IMG/VR virus record: IMGVR_UViG_3300014158_000003
Location: 53,320 to 117,319 of that record
From: a virus
DNA: 64,000 nt
Direction: 5' to 3' (one strand)
Below, piece by piece: positions 58,691-64,000 of the stretch. The notes under the pieces are model-generated. The model worked only from the letters and a program-made list of their open reading frames with translations, ran no database searches and was not told where the DNA came from. Position 1 is the stretch's first letter. Each line of letters begins with the position of its first letter. A program made the position numbers and the translations under genes.

Positions 58691-60068
58691 TTTACTTCCT
58701 CCCGCGCCCGAGCGGCGACTTCTTGAACTCCGCGATCATGTCGGCCGCCACCCGCTCGGCCATCGCCTGCGCCTCATGGAGCCCCATCGTCCTCGGGCAC
58801 GGGTACTCGCGAGCGTCGTGGTAGTGGAGCCCGAACACCTCGCCCACCACCCAGTGCCGGTCGACGTCGGCGATACCTACCTTGCGCACCTCGACGCGCC
58901 CCGGGCCGCACGCGGCGCTGTAGCGCTGGTGACTCTGCTTCTTCCAGGCGAGCTTCACGCGCCACCTGCCGACGCCGCGAGCTCGAGGACCGATACGGTC
59001 CGGCCGATCGCGAGCTCCAGCGACGTGCGGCTCGTGACGACCGCCGTCTGGCCGCCCTTCCGGCGCGCGACGACGGTGTGCTCGCCCGCGCGCGTGGAGA
59101 GCCTCAGGCTCACGATCCCCAGGCGCCGCAACCTCTCCTCGAGCTGCCTCACGTCGACCCCCTGTCCTCACCCATCTCGCTGATCACCCTGAGCAGGTTC
59201 CGGTTGGCCCGGAGCAGTTGGCGGATCGCCCCTGCCAGGTTTTCGGCCGCCACCCTCTTGTCGACTTCCTCGAGTATCGCCATCGTCTCGTCGATCACGC
59301 GCCGGCGCTCGACGTCGGACGGGCGCAAGTTCGGGCCACTCATCGCGCATACCTCCCCTCGACCCGCGCCTCCGCGCGGTCGATCCACCGGATGAGCCGC
59401 ATGCCCACCGGGTGGATCGCCCGCACGAACTCCGACCAGAGCAGGCCGTGGCAGCAGAACCACACGTCACCGACGGACGCGCGCCTGTCCCTGAGCAGGT
59501 CCCGCAGGTCCTGCTCGAACGCGTCGCACCGGGCCGGCATGGAAGCCCAGACGGCCTTCGCCTTGGCCCACTCTTCACTAGTCACACGACCCATCACGGT
59601 GCTCCCTCCTTCGCGGACGCGGCCGAACTCGACGCCGCGGAGCCTCACGACGCCCCCGACTCTCGCGCGGCCACGAGGTTCAGCTCCGGGTGCTCCTGGA
59701 CCGCGAGCCGCTTGGCGCACGCCGGGCCGCAGGCGCGCGCCGACGGGTCCTGGTGCGGCCGGTCGTAGACCGGGTCGCCGCAGACCGCGCAGTCGCGCAA
59801 GACGACGACCTTCGCGGCGCTCACGACGGCCTCTCCGCCGGCGCCTTCGCCTTCGCCGCCTCGACCTCGCCGAGTAGGCCGTCCATGTCCTCGAGCAGCC
59901 AGTCGGTCGCCATGTGCACGACCGTCGTCAGGTCGTACGGCGACGCGTTCACCATCGCCAGGCTCTCGTCGTCGCCGTCGGGCGCCGTCGTCGCGAAGAC
60001 GATCACCGTCGCCTCGGGCGCGACCTCCTTCGCGTACTTGAGGATCGCCTCTGCCAACTGCTCACCCG

Positions 60069-60917
60069 TCATGACGCCCCTCCCCAGATGAGCAGCTCGC
60101 CGACGTCGCCGCGCTTGCCGCCCCTGCTGTTGATGTTCCGCCTCGCCTTCACGACTCGCATCTCGAAGCCCTCGTAGAGTTGTCGGACCACCGGCAGGTC
60201 CGCGTTGGACAGCAGCACGTGCACGCCAGACTCCACGAGCCGGCGCGCGCAGCCGGCCAACCGCTCGTGGTCGGCGAGCGAGAAGCCGGCCGCCGTGTAG
60301 CTCGTGAAGTCCCCCGTCGCGCTCACGGGCAGGTACGGCGGGTCGCAGTAGACCCAGTCCCCCCGCTTCGCGACGGCCATCACCGAGGCGAAGTCGGCGC
60401 ACGCGATCTCCGCGCCCGCGAGCGCCAGCGAGCACGCGCGCAGGTTGTCCGCGTCGCAGATGGTGGGGTTCGCGTAGCGCCCGATCGGCACGTTGAACCC
60501 GCCGGATTTGTTGACCCTATAGACGCCATTGAAACACGTGCGATTGAGGTAGATCATCCGAGCCGCGACTGCGGCCTCCGACCGCGGGCGCTGCGCGCGC
60601 ACGGCGTAGTAGCGCTCCGCGCAGTGCTGCCGCTCGTGCGGCCGCAGCGCCGCGATGACGCCATCGACGTCGCCCTGGACGGCCCTGTAGGTCGCGACCA
60701 GCTCGGCGTTGGCGTCGGCGATGTAGGCGGGCGACTTCAGGCCGGAAGCGAACAGGTCGAAGAAGACAGCGCCGCCGCCGACGAACGGCTCCAGGTATCG
60801 GCCGAACGACGCGGGCGCGCGCGCGCGGATCTCGGGCAGCAGCTGGCGCTTGCCTCCGGGCATCTTGAGGAACGGCGCGGCGGCCGCCTCGGCGAGGCTG
60901 GTGGCGGGCTGGTTCAT
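60069..60917 (-). CDS. dam: DNA adenine methyltransferase (Dam family)
   Basis: PFLKMPGGKRQL, YLEPFVGGGAVFF, LNRTCFNGVYRVN..FNVP.G, YCDPPY, LLSN. Confidence 0.92.
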   Translation of the reverse strand: MNQPATSLAEAAAAPFLKMPGGKRQLLPEIRARAPASFGRYLEPFVGGGAVFFDLFASGLKSPAYIADANAELVATYRAVQGDVDGVIAALRPHERQHCAERYYAVRAQRPRSEAAVAARMIYLNRTCFNGVYRVNKSGGFNVPIGRYANPTICDADNLRACSLALAGAEIACADFASVMAVAKRGDWVYCDPPYLPVSATGDFTSYTAAGFSLADHERLAGCARRLVESGVHVLLSNADLPVVRQLYEGFEMRVVKARRNINSRGGKRGDVGELLIWGGAS

Positions 60918-61191
60918 TCGCCTGCCTGGACTGGCACGACGCGCGCCGCCGGGATGGCCGCTGCGATGAACGCGGCCGGAGCCTCGCTGTCCCAGGTATA
61001 CATCAGGCTGGACGGCGCCCCGAGGACGGCCACGCAGTGGCTCGCGACGCGCACCTCACCGTCCCGGACGACGTTGTCACCCTCGCCCGGATCGCTCTTG
61101 CTCTCCGGGTAGCGGAACCCGACGACGGCCTCGCGCTCGCCCACGCGCACCGCATGTCGCACCGCTGCAACCCTGGACTTCCTCGATCGCG

Positions 61192-61473
61192 TCACAGTCT
61201 CAAGTCCCTTCCGATGGTCTCCCGCACCACTACTGCGAACTCCTCTCCGGTCATCCGAGTCTTCACGCGCGCGGCCACCCGCTCGGCCCACTCCCGCTGC
61301 AGGTCGGAGAGGCCGTAGGCCCTCTCCCCGTACTCCTCCTCGCGCTGGCGCAGCGTCTCGAGCATGTGCTCGAACGCGCCGGACTCGTACGCGTCGAGGT
61401 CGCCCCGGTCGAGGACGCGCTCGAGGAGGTCGACGTCTCTAGTGACGTCGACCTCCTTCTTGCGCCGACCCAT
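61192..61473 (-). CDS. Hypothetical protein (paralog of 38381-38725)
   Basis: DLLE..L..E..AF..M..LSDLQREW...V..RV. Confidence 0.65.
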   Translation of the reverse strand: MGRRKKEVDVTRDVDLLERVLDRGDLDAYESGAFEHMLETLRQREEEYGERAYGLSDLQREWAERVAARVKTRMTGEEFAVVVRETIGRDLRL

Positions 61474-62018
61474 CAGAACGGGGGCTTGGGTGCGGCTGCG
61501 CCGCCAGTGCCGTTCGCGCCGGACGCGTCGCCTCCCGCGAGGTTGGGCGGGCGCCCGAGCGTAGCCGCCACGATCGCGGCGAACTCCTTGCCGCCACCCG
61601 CCACCGGGTTGGACGTGTGGAACACGCCGCCGCCCGAGATGATCTGGACCTTCATCCTCCACGACCCGTCGTACCAGTCGTACTTCACCTCGACGTCGAC
61701 CTCGTTCGAGTCGATGCCGGCGAGCGTCGTCAGGTCCGTGCACCCGAGCGCGCGCAGACGCTCCTCGGAGTACGGGGCGGCCTCCTTCGAGAAGTACAGC
61801 GGGCTGACGAACGTGCGCTGCAGATCCGGCACGTACAGGTGCACGAGCAGCTCCGGGGTGTTCTGCTTGCTCAGGCCGAACTCGTGCGGCAGGTGCGGCT
61901 TGTCGCCGCCCTCCGGCGGCGCAGCCTTGGCCTTGTACCGACCCTCCTTCGGGTCGATCGGTTTCGCGGTCGGGGACGGCGCCTGCGGCGCCTGGGGGAT
62001 GGGGGGCACGTTGCTCAT
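61473..62018 (-). CDS. Putative ssDNA-binding protein (DUF669-like) of the recombination module
   Basis: Follows the Sak4-like ATPase. G.Y.A N-terminus, Gly-rich tail ending PPF. Confidence 0.55.
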   Translation of the reverse strand: MSNVPPIPQAPQAPSPTAKPIDPKEGRYKAKAAPPEGGDKPHLPHEFGLSKQNTPELLVHLYVPDLQRTFVSPLYFSKEAAPYSEERLRALGCTDLTTLAGIDSNEVDVEVKYDWYDGSWRMKVQIISGGGVFHTSNPVAGGGKEFAAIVAATLGRPPNLAGGDASGANGTGGAAAPKPPF

Positions 62019-62059
62019 GGTCTCTTTCTCCTTCTTTCACAAAACAGACACTCTTCTCG

Positions 62060-63013
62060 CTACGCCGCCGCGGGCGCTGGCGACTTCTTCTCCGCGTCGG
62101 CGGAGGGGGACTTCTTCTCGTTGAGGCGGATCTGGACCCTGTTGAACGAGTCGACCAGGCTGCTCGGGAACTTGTCGGGCGGGTAGGTGGCGAGGAAGTC
62201 GCGGACCTGCTTCTCGTACGCCTTGTCCCCGATCTCGGCGAGCATCGCCTCAAGATCGCGCTTCATCTCTTCGCCGCGTGTGTCGTCCTCTCGGACGACG
62301 CGCGCGAACTCGTCCCACGAGAGTGGGATCTTGTCCGGGAATAGTGCTGTACCGCGCGCCTTGGCGTCGTAGGCGGGCATGCGCTTGGTATAGATCCACC
62401 GTTCGCCGGTGGTCGTCGCCTTAACTGGTTTCCCTTTCTCCCCGCTCGCGAGCGTCACGTTCTCGCGAGCGAAGAACACGTAGTCGCTCCAGCCCTTGAG
62501 CATGGCAGCGATTGGCTTCCTGCACGCGAGCTCGAACCGCTCGTAGCCGGGACCCGTCGGGTCCTCGAACTTCTTCACCGCGGCGTGGGCCACGAAGATG
62601 ATCCCCTTGCCGCGCAGCCACACGCGCTCGACCTGGGCGAGGAGGCGCCGCCACTCCATCACAGCGACGTCGTCGCCCTTGCCGTACCCGCCCTCGTACT
62701 TGGAGATCGTGGTCCCCGGGAATAGGTGCGCGTGGCTCATGTTCTCGAAGTCGGAGAGCACGTCGAGCGCGATGTTGTCGCACTTGACATGACCCGCCTC
62801 GATGGCCTGCAGCCACTCGAACGTCTCGGTCCACGACTCTGGGACGACGCGCTCGACGTTGTACTTGAAGCTCCCCTGATTGGCGTCGAGGAAGAAGACA
62901 TTCGGCGCGCCGGCCGCGAATCCGCTCTTGCCGACTCCCTCGAAGCCGTAGATGACCACGCGCGGCGGTCTCTCTGCTTTGCCCTTCACGATTCGTTTCA
63001 GATCAATGGCCAT
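62060..63013 (-). CDS. AAA_24 / Sak4-like phage ATPase
   Basis: RVVIYGFEGVGKSGFA, IALD, GGYGKG, IFVAH, W.D.V.FA, AYDAKAR. Confidence 0.88.
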   Translation of the reverse strand: MAIDLKRIVKGKAERPPRVVIYGFEGVGKSGFAAGAPNVFFLDANQGSFKYNVERVVPESWTETFEWLQAIEAGHVKCDNIALDVLSDFENMSHAHLFPGTTISKYEGGYGKGDDVAVMEWRRLLAQVERVWLRGKGIIFVAHAAVKKFEDPTGPGYERFELACRKPIAAMLKGWSDYVFFARENVTLASGEKGKPVKATTTGERWIYTKRMPAYDAKARGTALFPDKIPLSWDEFARVVREDDTRGEEMKRDLEAMLAEIGDKAYEKQVRDFLATYPPDKFPSSLVDSFNRVQIRLNEKKSPSADAEKKSPAPAAA

Positions 63014-64000
63014 CACTCACTACCTCCGTCCCGGCGACGGGAGTCGAACCCGTCGGTCGCTGCCCGACAGCGCCGATAAAATCGCGCTCATCACCCTCGA
63101 AGATCGCGTCCATCTTGCCGGCCAGCGCGAACGTGCGCGACGCCTTACCCGTGTCCGGGTTGATGAGGTCGACCTCGAACTGCCGCTCGACCGCCACGAT
63201 GCCCTTGGTCGGATCCCCCCAGCGCGCGACGTACCCCACGATCATCGCTCGCTCGCGCTGGTAGTCGTACGGGTCCTCGTGGTCGAGCGCCACGAGCGCG
63301 TCCTCGAGCGAACCGCCCTTCCTCAGCACCTCGACGCCGCGGTGCACGCTCGACCCCATGCGCAGCGCGTCGGACTTGATGACGGCGCGGATCCGAAGGA
63401 TGTAGCGGATCTGGTAGCGGCGCGGGCACGCCCGGAACGTCCGCATGCTCGACTGCGTGAGGATCGTGCGGTCGGTCTCGAACTTGTCCTCCAGCTCCTC
63501 GTGCTCGATCTCCTGCTTTCTGAACAGCATCGGGTCGTCGATCGGGACGTCCCCGCAGCACGCCGCGAGGAAGTCGCACGCGCGACCCCACGAGAAGCAC
63601 GCGTCGGGGTTGCGGGGGAAGACGTTGAGCCGGTGAGCGTCTCGCATCGTCTGCGCCGTCTGCCAGACGTCGACCGCGCCGTCTCGCTGCTCCTCGAACA
63701 GCCGGACGGGCAGCGCGCGCTGGTAGTACGCGTCCGGCTCCGCGACGATGGCCGCCAGGCACCGCTCGCCGTACTCCTCGGGGGTCTCGTCGCGGTCACG
63801 CTGGTTGGCGTAGAGCCTCGGGACCGGCTCCTTCTTCGTCGGCTGCGTGTACTTGCGCGACTCAAGAGGGGTCGCCTTGTACGGGCGGAGAGCGATTTTC
63901 CCGAGGACGTCGTACCCGATCTGGGCGTCGATACCCATCTGCTCGGCCGCGCGCAGGTAGACGCCGATCTGCGGATCCATCCTGATTCTGCGCCAGTAAT
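63003..64000 (-). CDS. PD-(D/E)XK (Cas4/RecB-like) nuclease, partial, with motifs in permuted order
   Basis: QxxxY (QIGVY) and C..C.F...C come before LTQSS..F.ACPR..GS.VH..E..GKMD. The frame is open to the window edge. Confidence 0.75.
   Translation of the reverse strand, partial: YWRRIRMDPQIGVYLRAAEQMGIDAQIGYDVLGKIALRPYKATPLESRKYTQPTKKEPVPRLYANQRDRDETPEEYGERCLAAIVAEPDAYYQRALPVRLFEEQRDGAVDVWQTAQTMRDAHRLNVFPRNPDACFSWGRACDFLAACCGDVPIDDPMLFRKQEIEHEELEDKFETDRTILTQSSMRTFRACPRRYQIRYILRIRAVIKSDALRMGSSVHRGVEVLRKGGSLEDALVALDHEDPYDYQRERAMIVGYVARWGDPTKGIVAVERQFEVDLINPDTGKASRTFALAGKMDAIFEGDERDFIGAVGQRPTGSTPVAGTEVVSDGH

Noticed and set aside
63025-63060. tRNA T-arm-like sequence (minus strand ACGGG-TTCGACT-CCCGT)
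   Set aside because: No anticodon arm, D-arm or acceptor pairing found, and it lies inside the nuclease ORF end.
63003-64000. Calling the nuclease a CRISPR cas4
   Set aside because: It is about 36 kb from the array and sits in a phage Sak4/SSB recombination module with no cas1/cas2.

Overview
High-GC 64 kb segment of a phage or phage-plasmid-like mobile element, with no host housekeeping genes. From left to right: (1-12 kb) virion-type genes, including two Gly-Pro-Thr collagen-like fibres and a kinase+GNAT multidomain ORF. (12-13 kb) A Cre-like tyrosine recombinase with an adjacent palindromic site. (14.5-22.3 kb) A cluster of 36 tRNA or tRNA-like genes covering all 20 amino acids, containing an HNH gene and interrupted by a 4 kb IS1-family element with passenger genes. 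(23.5-27.3 kb) A 21-repeat CRISPR array beside a Cas12m-like (type V-M/V-U1) effector whose first RuvC Asp is Asn, with no cas1/cas2 in the window. (27-64 kb) Many small accessory genes, toxin-antitoxin modules, an S53 protease, a UvrD-like helicase, Dam, a Sak4-like ATPase and a PD-(D/E)XK nuclease. Two candidate undescribed systems stand out. (a) An apparent ribosome-dependent attenuator precedes the + strand tRNA operon. Its 38-codon leader peptide uses exactly the 19 amino acids served by that operon: Leu is absent from both, and all Leu tRNAs lie on the other strand. (b) The probably DNase-dead Cas12m-like locus carries in its array a 92-bp exact copy of the element's own sequence. All calls come from reading motifs by eye. 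No database search or folding program was run, and tRNA boundaries may be off by 1-2 nt.
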